64,000 nt of DNA from Octopus sinensis (GCF_006345805.1 NC_043002.1:19282001-19346000); one strand, 5' to 3'; positions 35,720 through 50,420 are shown, counted from the first letter of the stretch. Translations and numbers: made by a program. Notes: a model not told the origin generated them from the letters alone.

Positions 35720-38700
35720 AGAGGAATGTATCTGTCCTCGTGCCTTTCAGCCTTGTCCACCAAACAACCTCTTTTGCCACAGCCACCAGGCAAAGGAAAA
35801 CTACCTTCCCTGCTTGATTGAAGAAGGGCAGTGGTGCATTAATCACTACAAACTCAGCCAACAGACGGATATGTCCCACACATGACAGTGGCTGTTCAAC
35901 ATAACCCCACAAGTCAGCAATGCCTGGACACTGAAGGAGAGCATGCAGAATGGTTTTGGCATTCTACGTGCACCTTGGACAAGTCCATCAGACAGTGCAT
36001 CTGTACCTGTAGAGCTTGTCTCAAACTGGTAGCGTCTCCCTGGTAGCACTGCCAAGCCAAAGACATCTGGAAATTATCCATGATAGTTCCTGACCAGAAA
36101 GTCCTCTGGAACAGACTAGCCAGTTTGTTCTCGTTGGTGCCCAGAGTTCCCCTGAGAATGTTGTCACACTTCCCCGCCACTACTCCTCCATAAATTTCTA
36201 AAGTGGAACATCCACCAATTCCATTGCCCAACTTGTAGAGGGTTGCCTGACTGGTAGAGACGCCCAGTCTCGGTCTTTTCTTAACCCATGACTGCAGCTC
36301 TGTCAAGGAGATGAGCTGCAGAAAGACGAGCCTCACAAATGGAACCCACACATGCTCACCTTCCAGAAATCATTGCATGTGGCATAATCTAAGCGTGTGT
36401 CTGCACATTAGGAGCCACAGCATACCTAATCTGCTACTCAGAGGATGCTAGCAACAGACTGACTGCTTGGCCATTGGAATGCATCCCTTCCACAAGAATT
36501 TAAATAAGAGATGCTCCAACTTGGTTAAGCAGTAACCAGGACAAGGCATGATGGTCAGGCAATAAATGATAATGGAAGCGATGTAAGCATTTGCCACCTC
36601 TTTCAGCCCATTTCTGGGTAAGACTGGCCACCCTATTTGCCACCTCATCCCAGTTCTTATCAACCTGGAAGTCAGGAGCAAACAAGACCTCGAGCACTTT
36701 AACTGGTTCATCAGTCCAGCATCCAATGACACCATCTGATGGCATCATCTTGCCTCTCCAAGAGCCCAACTGCAAACCAACTGATATTCCTTTAGGATGG
36801 TGCCAACTGTCTCCACTTCGGAGGCATCCAACACCATGACAGTGACATTATCCGTATATGCTGACATTGCCCTTCCTTGTCCCAGTTCAAAAGGGATGCC
36901 CCTTAGGTGTTCCAACTTCTGCAACAGTGGCTTGAGTGCCAATATGTATAGAAGAGGTGACAGCGGGCAGCCCTGATGGACTGAGCATGCTATGCCAAAT
37001 GGCTCCGATAGGTGGCCGTTTACTTTGCCCACTGAACAGGTGCCGCTATGCATTGCAGCAATCCAGCCTCTGAAAACAGGTCTAAACCCACCTGCTTTCA
37101 GGACGGCTTCCAAGTAGTGATGGTCAACCCTACTGAATGCTTTTGATTGATCCAAATGGATCAGAGCATCCACCAAAGCCGGCTGTGGTCCCAGCCCCCT
37201 CTATGATGTATCGCATAAAGTGGAGGTTGTTGTGGATAGACCTGCTCTGGATTGCACATGTTTGCATTTCTCCGACCAGGCTACTAACTACAATTGCCAA
37301 CCTTTTTGCTAACACCTTGGCCAAAATCTTAAACCCTGTGTTTAGCAGACTTATGGGCCGAAAATTCTCTAGTATGTCCCCCGTTGTTGGCATTCTTCCT
37401 CAGCAGTGTCCCCATACCTCTGCTAACAGTACTAGGAATTCTCTTGTTCTGTTGCCAGTTGCAGTAGACGTCTGCTAAGAGGTCACCTAACAAATCTGGC
37501 ATGAATATATAGAATTTGTAGGTTAGACCATCCAAACTGAGCAATCTGCGACTTGTGCAATCGCTCATCGCCTCCCAAATTTCAGTGGCTGTTATTGGCC
37601 TTTCACATAACCTCGTGTCAGCTGCTGTTGACCCATCGCCCTCTCCAAACAACTGTACGAAGTGCTGCTGAAAATCCACACACATCTGCTTGGAGTCACA
37701 TAGCAGGCACCCATTTCGATCCATCAAAGACCTGATCGTGGTTTTGTTTCCATGTTGCATCTCCACCGTTCGAGTCTATTGGACAGTTTTAGTTCCTTCC
37801 TATTTGAGTGCACAGGCCTTAGCTCTAACAATGCAACCTTCATGTTTTGCTTTGAAGAAATGATCAAAGGTCATTCTTATTGCTAACACACAGGTCACAA
37901 TGCCCTTTTTAATTGTTTCTTCTAATTTGCTAACTAGTTCACCCTCTAATCTATTCCTTTCTATTGCTAACTCTTTTCTAAACACTATCGATTCTGCTCT
38001 AATCACATTCTTCAGGGTAGTCCACCACCGGTTGTTGATGATTAGCCCCATCAACTGCCACTTACCAAGTTCACTAATCCGGTCCCCATAGTCTTTGTGA
38101 GCCAGAAAGGACATGTTTAACTTCTAGTAACCAGGTCCCTGACTATAAGTCCTATCTAACTCGACTGTGCAGATCACAAACTTGTGACCTGTGTAGTTAA
38201 CCAATTCAAATTGTGGACAGCCTACACTATCCCTACCCTCTGACCTAATAAATACTCTATCTAGATGATCCATTGTCATTGCTCCATGTCTATACCGGCG
38301 CACATCAGGGAAATCCAGTCGATACCTGTCAGACAATTGAAAGTCTCTGAGTAGATTTACAAGGTTTTTGCATCCCCTTCTGTGTACTTGCCCCACAGTC
38401 CTTTCAGGCATCCAAAACCCCATTCCAGTCCCCTACTAGTACTAAACTGTGAGATGTTCCCAGGAAAGTTTCTAGACACCTGAAGAATTCTGGCCTTCCA
38501 GCTCCAGTTAGGGCATAGACGACCAGTCTAAAGGTGCCACCTTTGCTAACAAAAACACCTAGGACCACTAACCTGCCACCCAGGTACAAGAGCCTTTACT
38601 TCGAGATCTAAGGATTTTCGGAAAAGCACTGCTACCCCACCACCAGCTCCCGACAGACCACATGATAAGAATACCTCATAGTCATCGAAAATGGGCGCTA

Positions 38701-41295
38701 ATGCTTGTACATTAGAAATCCTTGTCTTGCTAATTGCAACCACATCTAAATTGAGCAACCTGAGGTCATTTACCAAGTGACCTTGCTTCCAAGCTGACCC
38801 CAGGCCACGAACATTCACACACCCTCCTCTGAAAACAACCATGTTTATTGGAGAAACAAAATGGCACAAGGTCACTTACCTTGGATTTTGGGAGGGTCAG
38901 CTGATTCAGCTACCTAATCTGAAGCATAATCTTAATGAAGGGCCTTCCTAAAGTCCTCTTATCTGTTTTTAGCCTTTAAAGGCCCACTGTCTTTGGGTAT
39001 TTTTTTAAAGTTCTAGACAAGTGTTTATGCCCGTTGTTATTAGCTGTCTGTCATAGGGGGATTTCGACAGTAATTTGTCAAACCCTACTCCTTTTGTGTG
39101 AATGTTTGTGTTTTCCCTTACTTCCTGCATCAGTTTGCTGTTGCTCTTGCAAATGACTGTGAAGTTGATGACACGTTCAGGTTCTGTAGTCAGTTGCATG
39201 GGTTTTCTTGTGAATGTTGCTTCTCTTTGTGTATTTGTCTCTGTTTTGGTGCTTTTTGTAGTTGCGGTTGTAGCTGAATGAGTGTGCATTGCTTTTATTG
39301 TTGGGATCTGGGTGAGTGTGTCAGTGTTGTTAGTGTAGCTAATGGATTAGGTGAATTGTCCTCGTCCTGTCTTTTCACTTTTAGCTTAGAACGGTCTTTT
39401 TTGGAATTATTTTTTCGCTTTTCCCCAACACAGGATTCAGTTCGTCCTCGTCGCATAAGGCTTCTGAATTGCCCGTGTCAGGAGTATGTGGTGTATCTAT
39501 GTCGCCTGCCGGTAGGGATGGTCAGGTGTTGCTTGTTTCCACCACTGCAGTTGTCGGTGTCATTGTGGTGGTGTGATTCAGCTTTTGAAAATGTTTCTTT
39601 AATGGTTGATGCTGCATTGATTGCTATTGCAGCTTTTGGCCTTCTTGTGGTGGTGGTGGTGGTTGCAGAGCTGCCGTTTCTCGAGTTCCATTTTGTTGAT
39701 TTTGTTTGCAGTTGACCTTCAAATGAGTGTTAGACCCACAAGTGTAGCAACTTGGCTTTCTGCCTTCCCACCACGACTTGGAGTTGTGCTCCATTGGGCA
39801 GCTCAATAAGGTCGGGGACCTTGTCCAGGGATTCCTGTTTTACCTGGATCAAAATTTCCAACCTGATTCTGGACCAGTTCTCCTTCCAATATTTTTTAAT
39901 TTCTAGAAGCAAATCTGGACCTTTGACTACAGTGCATGCAACCAACCACCAAATGTCTAATTCTTGTGGCACATCTGATATTTTAATTTTCACCACATGC
40001 TGTTCAAGGTAGGTGGGAAGGAGAAGAAGATCTTCACATTTATACTGGACCATTGGGTGTTTTGGGGCAGTGCCTCTGCGAGGATCCTAACATCAACAGT
40101 ACCATATTGTCTCCCTTGTGTGAGGAAATCAATATCAGTCCAAATGCCCTTTAACCCTTTCGTTACTATATTTCTGACTAAAATACACCCCTCATGAGTT
40201 TCAATTAAATTCTAAAATAATGATGAATCTAGGCTTGTTTCATTAAATAACTGTAACTTTTTTACTTATCAACATATTAATGTGATATTTGGAACATAAT
40301 TAAAGAAAGGGTTCTTAATCAATTCTATTGCATAACTTTTGTCTCAAAGTGACTTTAATTACAGGTAAATCTAGGTAAATTGAGCAAAAGGTAAAAATAT
40401 TAAAATTTTGTTTAAACATCACCATAGAAAATGAATCATCAGCTAATATTCAAATGGGTATGCAACAAAATTTTGATAAAGAAGAAATGTGCACATCACT
40501 ATATCATCAGTTGAATTTAATGCACAACAGGTGTACCATAAAGCCGTAAGTTTGACCAAACTAAAGAAATCGGTCAAAAAATAATATACGGCCCTGGTTA
40601 TGGTATGGAAGTGATAAATTCCAGACCACATCGTTCCCTAGGCCATGCTGACTAACATTATTTTCCCTGTATAAAAACTAAATCCATGCAGTACCCAGTA
40701 TTTGCTTCACAAATTTTCCGAAATTTAAACTCCCATTTTGTGTTTGTTTGTAATCTGTGTAAGTTTGTTTCCGCATTGATCGCTTCAAACAATAACTTCC
40801 AGACCACATCATACCCTAAGCCATGCTGACTAACATTAGTTTCCCTGTATAAAAACTAAATCCACAACAGTACCCAGTATTTGTTTCACAAATTTTCCAA
40901 TTCGGAATCAATGCTTGATAACATGAAACTCCTATCCATTTTCAAAGTTGAAGAAAAATCAATGCTGAAAAAAATGTGGAAAAAAATCTCCCAAAATTCA
41001 GGGAATTAAAATTATACGTCGATCATTGTACAAAACTGTAGATTAACTGTTTACGAAGCATAATCACGTGTTTTCACGAATGTACTAAAGAGATTTGCTC
41101 TGATATTCTCATTTAAATATGAATCGGTAAATTCGGGCAGGTTTGGGCGGTTTGGTCACATTAACCAAAATTTTTTTCGGGCGGCTTTGGGTGGTTTAGT
41201 AATGAAAGGGTTAAGCATTTTTCTATTTGGATGTGTGGTGCATTGAAGATTTTCCTCATCTTTAGCAACACACAGAAGATTTTCCTCGTCTTTAG
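35720..41295 (-). mobile_element. Degenerate near-full-length Tx1-clade LINE (second family), ORF1 interrupted by a piggyBac MITE
   Basis: ORF2 starts MVVFRGGCVNVRGLG (ATG at 38842); GDWN, FRPISLLN, LDQSKAFSRV, QGCPLSP, AYTDN; ORF1 knuckle CYTCGSNTHLKVNC. Confidence 0.9.
40155..41210. mobile_element. Non-autonomous piggyBac element with TTAA target duplication
   Basis: TTAA|CCCTTTCGTTACTA ... TAGTAATGAAAGGG|TTAA; internal direct repeat at ~40615 and ~40795; excision restores the host ORF1 frame. Confidence 0.92.
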
Positions 41296-41519
41296 CAGAA
41301 GTAGTTAGGGAGCATCTTAAGCATGTGTTGAGAGCAATTCTATGGAGTTTAAATAATTCTCCTCTGGAAACATGGGTTTTTTTTTTGTTCAACATCCTTA
41401 AACAATCCTATTTAGGGACTGAGTGGGATGGGCTACTCGACCAGAAGAAAATCCTAACTGGGCCCCACCTGCAAGGTCATGTGCAGTTTATCTTGATATG
41501 AGTTCACCATGTCATGCAC

Positions 41520-42496
41520 TGTGACCTGACTTTTTGTCCAATGATTTTCTGTCTAATGACATTTTGTCCAATTTTAAATAAACTCTTTAGAAAACAAGGT
41601 GAACATGAAAATCAAATAATTGTTGAGAATTTTATTGATAGGATTCAAGTAAACTACTTTGGAAAAATTTATTTTAAAAAAAGTCATTTTAAAAAGTAAG
41701 AAGATATAACTAATGATTTATCATGATCACTTAAAATTGATGCAAATTATAGACTACACTCTTCAAAAAATCAATTTTTCTTGTTGACCCATATTCAATG
41801 AACAATCTTTTGAGGTTTTCAATTATTCTTCAATATTGTGTACATGAATTTGACGGATCTCCTTGAAGAATTTGAGTCATTTTACCTTGAACGAACACTT
41901 ACTCTTCTTTCAGAGTTTTGATTAGTTTCCAAATATTCAAATGTGCTCTACCCGCCGAATACTTTATCGCAGAAGGAAACCCCTCCGCAGCATTATTTGT
42001 TCTGGGAAGATCTTGAAGAACACACTGATTAACATTCCATACAGCTATCGGGAATGTAGGTAGTTCTCTCCTTCCTCTAGCACCACATCCTCTCACAACG
42101 CCTATGTAAGTCAGGTCGATTGATGGGTAGCAAGGCTAATGCTGAAAAACATTGAATTTTAAGACAGAATTCAGAGTTTTTTTGTTTTTTTCTTTTAGGC
42201 CTAAATCTGACTCAAATGAAACAAACATGCCATCATAGATGAATTAGGGAATGATGAATTAAATGCCTTATGAACTGCAACTCCGAAATCTGCCATGAGA
42301 TCAAGTGGATATGCATTAGGTTGCATAATTTTCAATTTCTCGAATGGCTGTGTGGTAAGTAGCTTGCTTATGAACTACATGGTTCCGGGTTCAGTCCCAC
42401 TGCATGGCATCTTGGGCAAATGTCTTCTACTAAAGCCTCGGGCCGACCAAAGCCTTGTGAGTGGATTTGGTAGACGGAAACTGAAAGAAGCCTGTC

Positions 42497-42542
<46 letters not shown>

Positions 42543-43740
42543 TTGTGTGTCTGTGTTTGTCCCCCTAGCATTGCTTGACAACCGATGCTGGTGTGTTTAC
42601 GTCCCCGTCACTTAGCGGTTCGGCAAAAAGAGACCGATAGAATAAGTACTGGGCTTACAAAGAATAAGTCCTGGGGTCGATTTGGTCGACTAAAGGTGGT
42701 GCTCCAGCATGGCCGCAGTCAAATGACTGAAACAAGTAAAAGTAAAAGTAAAAAAAGTATATCTGCTTTGTTTTATTCGGCAGCAATGCAAAGACCCATG
42801 GAAAACTGCTACCTTTAACTTGTACACAAATGCTAAACAGCTGAAACCACTGAATGAATGTTCCATCACATTTTTTTGAATGTTCCATCACATGCCCAAT
42901 GATGATATGATGCTATACCCTGAAGAGCACTTTCTGATGCAAATACTAGTATACGCTGTTGATCCTCGATACCCAAATTGTATCTCAGAAACTGTTCGCC
43001 ATTATCAAGTTTACAATATTCTTCAGGTATTTCAAAACCAGTCCTAGCCCCTGATTAGTGGGAAATCTTGAATTTTTGTTAGCACCTTTGAATAATCCTG
43101 GAAAGCAGAGGCAAGCAAGGAAGTTGTAAGTAAGTATTTTCTGTTAGCCGCGTAAAATTAGCTGCTATTATGCTATGCGAAATTGCTGCAATGTTTTCCA
43201 CAGCTTCATACTTTATTTCTGCAACTGCTTTTCTAGCATTTAACGAATCTACATCAGCTGGATGGAGGTGCTCACTAGAAAAATAAATAATTTTTGGCTC
43301 ATTGTTTTCCATTACGGTGTGAATATGCACTGAACATAGCTTTCTTTTCTCACATCTCCAGTATCCTTTTCCTAGTTTTGTTATGCTTGAATGAAAATCA
43401 TAGATGTAATTACTTACATGAACTGCTTTGTTATTTCGGGATGGGTAAATTAAAAATGTGTACTCTAAATTTGCAGCACTCTCTACACACAGAACCGTAC
43501 TTAAGAGAGAGAAGGAAAAAGAGGAAGTAAAACTGTTAACACAGAAGGAAAAAGAATGATAATAACAATCCTATAATGAGGCTTCTTAGATTTCGGAGAA
43601 TATATCATTAGAGATATTTCACCTTGTTTTCTAAAGAGTTTATTTAAAATTGACAAAAAGTTGGACAAAGAAAACATTTGACAAAAAGACAGACAAAGTG
43701 ACATTAGATGAAGTGACGCCAGACGAAAAATCATAGCACC
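41520..43740 (-). mobile_element. Mutator-like (MULE) DNA transposon, decayed, with long imperfect TIRs and a 9-bp TSD
   Basis: TSD GTCATGCAC at 41511-41519 and 43741-43749; TIR core TTTTAAATAAACTCTTTAGAAAACAAGGTGAA; peptides DGTF..FPWVFALLPNKT and LPRTNNAAEG..HLNIWKLI. Confidence 0.92.
42342..42753 (+). mobile_element. tRNA-derived SINE inside the MULE
   Basis: A-box-like TGGCTGTGTGGTAAG, B-box-like GGTTCAGTCCC, internal (AT)/(GT) repeat, (AGTAAA)n tail. Confidence 0.8.
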
Positions 43741-44326
43741 GTCATGCACATATGGTTGTGATGCTTGTGTCTGATGTACCCTTATCAGACAGGTAGTTAT
43801 GACGGGTATATTGGGCTTCGTATACTTGTACCCCAGTGTCACTTTGGTGGTATGCACTGCTCCTTCACTCCCTAATAACAATCTTTTATTTATTAGCTTC
43901 AAGGTCTCAGAGAGATACAAAACACATAAAACTTTCACTAGGAATTACAAAGAAAGAAAAAAAGTAGAGAGTGAAAGAGAAGTCAAATACGAAAAGAGGG
44001 GATGGATGATATTATACTAAATATGGAAGAATGTATAAAGAGCTTAAAAGCATCTTCATACATACATACATGAACACACATACTTATGCCTATATATGTA
44101 TATGTATGTGTATTAGCATGGAAAAATAAGGCAAAATACAATAATTAAAAACTATGTAAAAAATCGACTTTTTGTTGTCTTTGTCTATCTCAGGGTTTCC
44201 TTACATGGCTGTAGGTCATTTTTACAAATTCTCTACCGGAAAAATTCATTTAATAATGCATCCTTGGTAGAAATTAAACTCAGTTTGTAAAAGCAGACGA
44301 AATACCACTAAGCATTTTGCTCAGCA

Positions 44327-46235
44327 TCATCATCATCATCGTTTAGCGTCCGTTTTCCATGCTGCCACGGGCTGGATGGTTTGACTGGGGACTGGCAAGC
44401 CAGGAGACTGCACCAGGCTCCAATCTTATCTGGCAATATTTCTACACCTGGATGCCCTTCCTAATGCCAACCATTCTGAGAGTATAGTGGGTGCTTTTTA
44501 CATGCCACCAGCACGAGAGCCAGTCAGGCGGCACTGGCATCAGCCACGTTAGGATGGTGCTTTTTATGTGCCATCAGCACAGGAGCCAGTCGGGGTGAAG
44601 GCGCTGGCATTAACCACATTCAGATGGTGCTTTTTAGGTGCTACCAGCATGGGAGCCAGTCAGGCGGCACTGGCAATGACACACGCATGAATGGTGCTAA
44701 TTGCGAGCCACCAGCATGGGAGCCAGCCAGGCGGCACTGGCATCAGCCACAACTACAATTTGCATTTGATTAGATTTTGATTTGCTTGACTCAATAGGTC
44801 TCCTCAAGCATGGCATGTCGCCCAATGATCCAAAGGTACATTTTTAAGTAGGTTGGTTATGCGACACTGGTGTAGGCTACAGCTGTGATATCACTTTTCT
44901 TGCCAGGTCTTCTCATTCACAGTATATCTGTCTCGGTCTTTCGTCATTGCATCACCACCTCATCCCATGTCTTCATGGGTCTTCCTCTACAACTGGCTCC
45001 TTGTACTGTTTGGGAGTGACACTTCTTCACACAGCTCTCCTCATCCATATGTAACACATGACCATACCAGTGCAGTCATCTCTCCTGCATGCCACATCTG
45101 ATGCTTCTTATGTCCAACATTTCTCTCAGGGTGCTTACAATCTGTCGTGTGTGCACACTGACATTACACATCCAGTGGATCATGCTAGCTTCATTTCTTT
45201 CACGACTACGCATGTCCTTAGCAGTTGTAGCCCATGTTTCACTGCCGTAAAGCATGGCAGTTTGCACACATGCATGCATTGTATAATCTACCTTTCACTC
45301 TGAGCGAGAGGCCCTTTGTCACCAGTAGAGGTAGGAGCTCTCTGAGATTTGCCCAGGCTATTTTTATTCTAGTGGTGACGCACTCTGAGCATCTATCCTC
45401 CACTACAGACTTGGTCACCTAGGTAGCGGAAGCTATTGACTACTTCTAGTTTCTCCCACTAGCATGTGATGGAATTTATTGCCCCTGTGCATCTGCCACA
45501 CATGAAAGCTATCTTCCCAGTTAACCTTCCTTTGATGTTGCTGCACCTCTTATGTATCCATAGCTTATACTAGGTACATCTTATGGAGTTTCTACCTACA
45601 CCTTTTCTACAGATCAAGTAGGGCCATCTATGTGAATGAGCTTGTGATGTGTTCGCCTTCCTACTTACTAGGACTTTGGTTTTTGTAACATTGACTCCAA
45701 GGCCCTTAGATTCTAAACCTTGCTTCCACACTTGAAATTTTTTTTCTAGTTCTGGTAGTGATTCTGCTATGAGAGCAAGGTCATCAGCATAGAGGAGCTC
45801 CCAGGGGCAACATGTCTTGAATTCCTCTGTTATTGCCTGGAGGAATATGATGAATAAGAGGGGGCTGAGGGCTGACCTTGGTGGACCCCTAGTTCTACCC
45901 AGAATTCTTCACTATACTCATTGCCACCCCTACCTTTACTAACGGCACCTCTGTACAGGGCCTGTACAGCTCTTATTAACCACTCATCAATCCCTAGTTT
46001 CCGCATCGCCCACCAGATAAGGGACCGGGGGACCCTGTCAAAGGCTTTCTCCAAGTCCACAAAAGCCAAGTATAGGGGTTTATCTTTGGCTAGGTATTTC
46101 TCCTGCAGTTGCTGTACCAGGAATATAGCATCAGTCGTGCTTCTACCTGGCACAAAACTGAACTACATCTCATCTAAGCAGACTCTCTCCCTAATTAGTG
46201 GGGCTATGACCCTCTCCATGACCTTCATCACCTGA
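44327..46235 (-). mobile_element. 5'-truncated RTE copy, decayed
   Basis: (CAT)n tail at left; FVDLEKAFDRVPRSLIWW; PHD region retained. Confidence 0.92.
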
Positions 46236-47679
46236 TCCAGCATGCTAATGATTCTGCCGGTTCACCACCTTAAGGCCAACAGTTTTGACAGGGGGAGGTA
46301 AATTGATGCCAACTATTCCAATACTTGAATGGTACTTTATGTTCTCTACCCCTGGATAGGGTTAGATAAAATGAAGATAAATGAAATGAGTACCAAAAGT
46401 GGTGGATAAAATAAGTCTTCTCAATTTGGAGTCATATGGAAATAAACAACAATAATAAAATAGGAAAATATATGTAAAATTCAACACATCCATTAACAAC
46501 AATTTCCAAAACATAAAATTACTAGGTTTAATACATTTACTAACAGGATATATTCCATAAATTGAACGTATCAAACATATTAATACACACACACACACAC
46601 ACATATATATAATACACTGTGTGTACCAAAGACATGTAAATAAATGTTGAAATGTGAGACAATGAGAACAATGTTAATCACAAAACTAAAAGTGTTTATT
46701 TCTTAAATAAGTAGAAAAGTTGCTAATGCTGTATGCAAAATAAAAGATTGAAGAGTTGGTGGGTTTCAAAATAATTTTTTGCTCAGCAAAGAATATCAAA
46801 CATTTTCATTGAAAGAGAATTTTAATTGCTATTTTTGAAATTGTATTAGAATTGCTAAAAGCACAGGGGATTAATTTTAAATCCTTTCTCTGACAAATGA
46901 ATTGCACAAAAGAAGTAAATACTTTATTAGCAGCATATAACATGCATAGGTAACATGTCCGTGTAGATATTAATGATGATCTCCATGGGTTGGCCAGTCT
47001 AAAAATTCTGTGATTTAAAAAAGTTGATACAAAGACAGGAATAACATAATTCTGTGTGGAAGACTTGACCAACAAACTCAAGGACGAAAAGTTTACGTAA
47101 GAGTTATGATGATGATGACAGTGGCAATAATGATGATGACTGTGATAATAGCAACAATTTTTTTTTTCCCAGTATTTTTTTAATGCAGATTTAATATGTA
47201 ATTCAGAAACTGTAGAATCCAAATAGTTTGGAGTTTAAAAGAGAACTCAGATACACAGTTATGGGTCTATAGAAAGTATAAAACAACAGAAACTAGAATA
47301 AATATGTAACAGAGAAACTGTTGGTGTTCAAATAGACCTTTCCGATACTAACCTACCTTTGACCGGCACTGGATCAAGGATATAAACGGCATATTTTAAA
47401 AGGCTCATCGTTATCATCATCATCATTTAACATCCGCTTTCCATGCTGGCATGGGTTGAAATCAAAATTTTCCAATTTTATGAAAGAAAATATAATTCTC
47501 CAAACATCATAAAAATAATGAGAAAGTTGGTTATTTTATAAAAATACCTGAAACTGAGTTATTTTCAATATTGTTCAAAAAACAACAACAGTATTCTTCT
47601 TTGGAAATAGTCAGTAAAGAAAATGTTTCTTCGACTTGAAAGAATTCCTCTGTATTGAAAGTGTAGTGTAAACCAAATC

Positions 47680-48603
47680 CTAAAATTTCTCCTCAATTTC
47701 AAAAATAATTTTACCCCTAGTAAAAATATTTACAAAACTTTTCCGGAATATTTTATTGCAGAATCCATACACCATGGGATTTAAGGAGGAATTTAGTATC
47801 CAAGTACGGTATAAAACCACTTTAAAGATCTGCAACAAATTAGAATCTTTGCAGTATGGATATATGACAAAGAAGATGAGGAATGGCGAAAAACTGACAG
47901 AATACAAAACAGAGATTGAGAAAAGTACAATGATGGTGTGATTGATTCCTTGTTGTCTGGGAGCTTCTTCTTTACTTTGCTTTTTCATGAGACGCTGAGT
48001 AATAGTTTTCCAAACAAAGGAATAAAGTACAGTCAAGGCTAGGAGAAGTATAGTGTGAAGAATTAAGGCTACTAGAGTATATGACCAGACAGATGACCTT
48101 CTAAGGTCACTACCACATATCATGTACATCTTGTTTTCATAGGTAAAGGGAACACCTTCAGTATAGATAATAATTGGTAATATTAGTATGACCGATGTTA
48201 TTGCTATGGAAACAATAAGTCTCTGGCGTAGGTTTTGGGTAATTTGTTTTCCATGTGGACGACATATTTTTCTGAACCTTTCAACGGCAACTGTGAGAAG
48301 AATGAGGGATGACATCATAGAACAGGAGAAGACAATATACCTGTATGATTTACACAAATAATTTGATTGAATTGCAGGATAAAGTTCAGCTATTTCCAGA
48401 GGCATTCCAAAGATACATCCTATAAGATCAATAACAGCCAGTACAAGGATGAATGCTTCTACATTGCTTTTCTTGGACTGTCGTGCATAAATATATATCA
48501 CAAATATGTTACCAACGAGTCCCACAATTAGGAAGAAAGGTATGATACTAAAAACAATTAATCTTGAAATCAAAACAGGATCAGACAAATGGGTTGCATT
48601 CAT
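47680..48603 (-). CDS. Single-exon orphan class A GPCR, paralog 3, 307 aa
   Basis: GN, LAVID, VERF, SFSP, NPMVY. Confidence 0.95.
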   Translation of the reverse strand: MNATHLSDPVLISRLIVFSIIPFFLIVGLVGNIFVIYIYARQSKKSNVEAFILVLAVIDLIGCIFGMPLEIAELYPAIQSNYLCKSYRYIVFSCSMMSSLILLTVAVERFRKICRPHGKQITQNLRQRLIVSIAITSVILILPIIIYTEGVPFTYENKMYMICGSDLRRSSVWSYTLVALILHTILLLALTVLYSFVWKTITQRLMKKQSKEEAPRQQGINHTIIVLFSISVLYSVSFSPFLIFFVIYPYCKDSNLLQIFKVVLYRTWILNSSLNPMVYGFCNKIFRKSFVNIFTRGKIIFEIEEKF

Positions 48604-49589
48604 GTTGAAACAAGAGGGTAGTTTATAGTTTAGTACGTTTAACGTGTATATGTTGATTGTTGAAATGTATATATGTGTATGCTTGTATTAGTACATATAT
48701 ATATATATATATATATATTGTATGGTAATTAACTTGATTAGTCCATTACCGGTAGAGTGAAAATCATTTGTAATCCAAACTTCTATGTTGGAGATGATAT
48801 TGGAATTCTGTTCTTGTAGTTGAGTCCTTATACAAATACAATTAGAATGTGGAATAAACTTATCTGACAGAGATTTCAAAGGAATTTGCAAAAATTTGTC
48901 TGATAAGTTGCTTAAATAGATATTATACAGACTAAAAGACATCCTGCTTAATTTTACTAATTAGTTTCAAAGTAGATCATCGCATCACAAATATGTACTA
49001 AGTTATGAAACCTAAGTAACAACAAGGATTTTAATACTATCACTTTACTAAATTACACTATTTAGGGATGACGACCAGGAACAAAATATCAGTGGAAAAA
49101 AATTCATTCAGATATTTCTTCCAAGTAAGTTCAAACCTTGCTGAGGCCAAATTTGCCTTTCAAATCTCTATGGTTGAAACAAAGTACCAATCAAGAACTG
49201 GTACCAATGGTATTTACTAACACCCTCATCTTCAAACTGTTGGCCTTCTGTCTAAATCAAAGACCCATTTAAAGGCAGTAAGCTGGCACAATCTTTAGAA
49301 CATAGGAGAAAACTTTTGTGGTATTTGTGTCAGCACTTTATGGTCTGGGTCCCTAACCAGAAAATTTCAAGTTGGCGTTTTATTCTTTCAGGGGTGGATT
49401 AAAGTACCAGTGAAGTCCTGGGACTACTGGTACTGACTAATTCCCTCATAGCATGAACACAACATTTCATCTTTCTATGTTTATTAATGATATAAGAATC
49501 CATCATGTAGATGAGGCCAACAGGATCACAATTATATGCTCCACATACAATATAAATTCCTTTGTGCTGATGTCAGAATTTATAATTAT

Positions 49590-50150
49590 TATTATTATTA
49601 TTATTGAGTGAAAGAACAGTGCATGCCATCAAAGTGACGCTGTTGTAAAATATACGAAGACCAGTATACCCACCATGACTACCCAACTCATAAGAGTACA
49701 CCAGGCACATGCATCACAACCGTATGTGCATGACATGGTGATCTAATATCAAGATAAACAGCACATGACCTAGCAGGTGAGCCCAGTTAGAATTTTCATC
49801 AGGTCAAGTAGGCCATCCAGCTCAAAAGGTCCCTGAATGAGGGTTGTTTAAGGATGTTGAATGAAACATTGTTTCCAGAGGTGAATTATTCAAACCCCAA
49901 AGAATTCCTCTCAACATGTGGCTAGGATGCTCCCCCACTACCTCTGCTTGTGATCAGAGATGCACATATCGTCAGCCACTAAGGGACATGCTCAACTGGT
50001 TATGATCAAACAGCTGACAAGCAAATCTGTAGTACTGAGCAGAATATTTGCTGTAGTCCATCTTATATACCAAAACAAAACAATGTACATGATAACACTT
50101 CCAATCAGTTAAGATCAGAAGCCATGAGAGCCACTGCCTGGTACTGCATC
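49590..50150 (-). repeat. Interspersed repeat (LINE 3' UTR- or SINE-like) with (AAT)n tail
   Basis: Homologous to the split copy at 41295-43890. Confidence 0.7.
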
Positions 50151-50203
50151 AGGGCAGCTACGGCCGCCGCCACCATCATCGCTGTCATCGTTATTATTAT
50201 ATA

Positions 50204-50420
50204 GGGTGGCAAGCTAGCAGAAATGTTAGCACACTGGGCAAAATGCATGGTAGTATTTTGTCCCTCTTTATGTTCTGAGTTGAAATTCCACTGAGGTTAA
50301 CTTTGCCTTTCAGCCTTTTGGGGGTTGATAAAATAAGTAGCAGTTGAACACTGGGGTTGATGTAATCAACTCATCCCCTCCCCCAAATTGCTACCCTTGT
50401 GACAAAATTTGAAACCATTA
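50204..50420 (+). mobile_element. SINE with (ATT)n tail
   Basis: GGTGGCAAGCTAGCAGAA head and TTCTGAGTTGAAATTCC core; family repeated across the window. Confidence 0.75.

Larger units (their letters stand above)
41295..43890 (+). repeat. Interspersed repeat with (AAT)-type tail, split in two (41295-41519 and 43741-43890) by the MULE
   Basis: Both halves match contiguous reverse-strand sequence at ~49600-49950. Confidence 0.8.
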
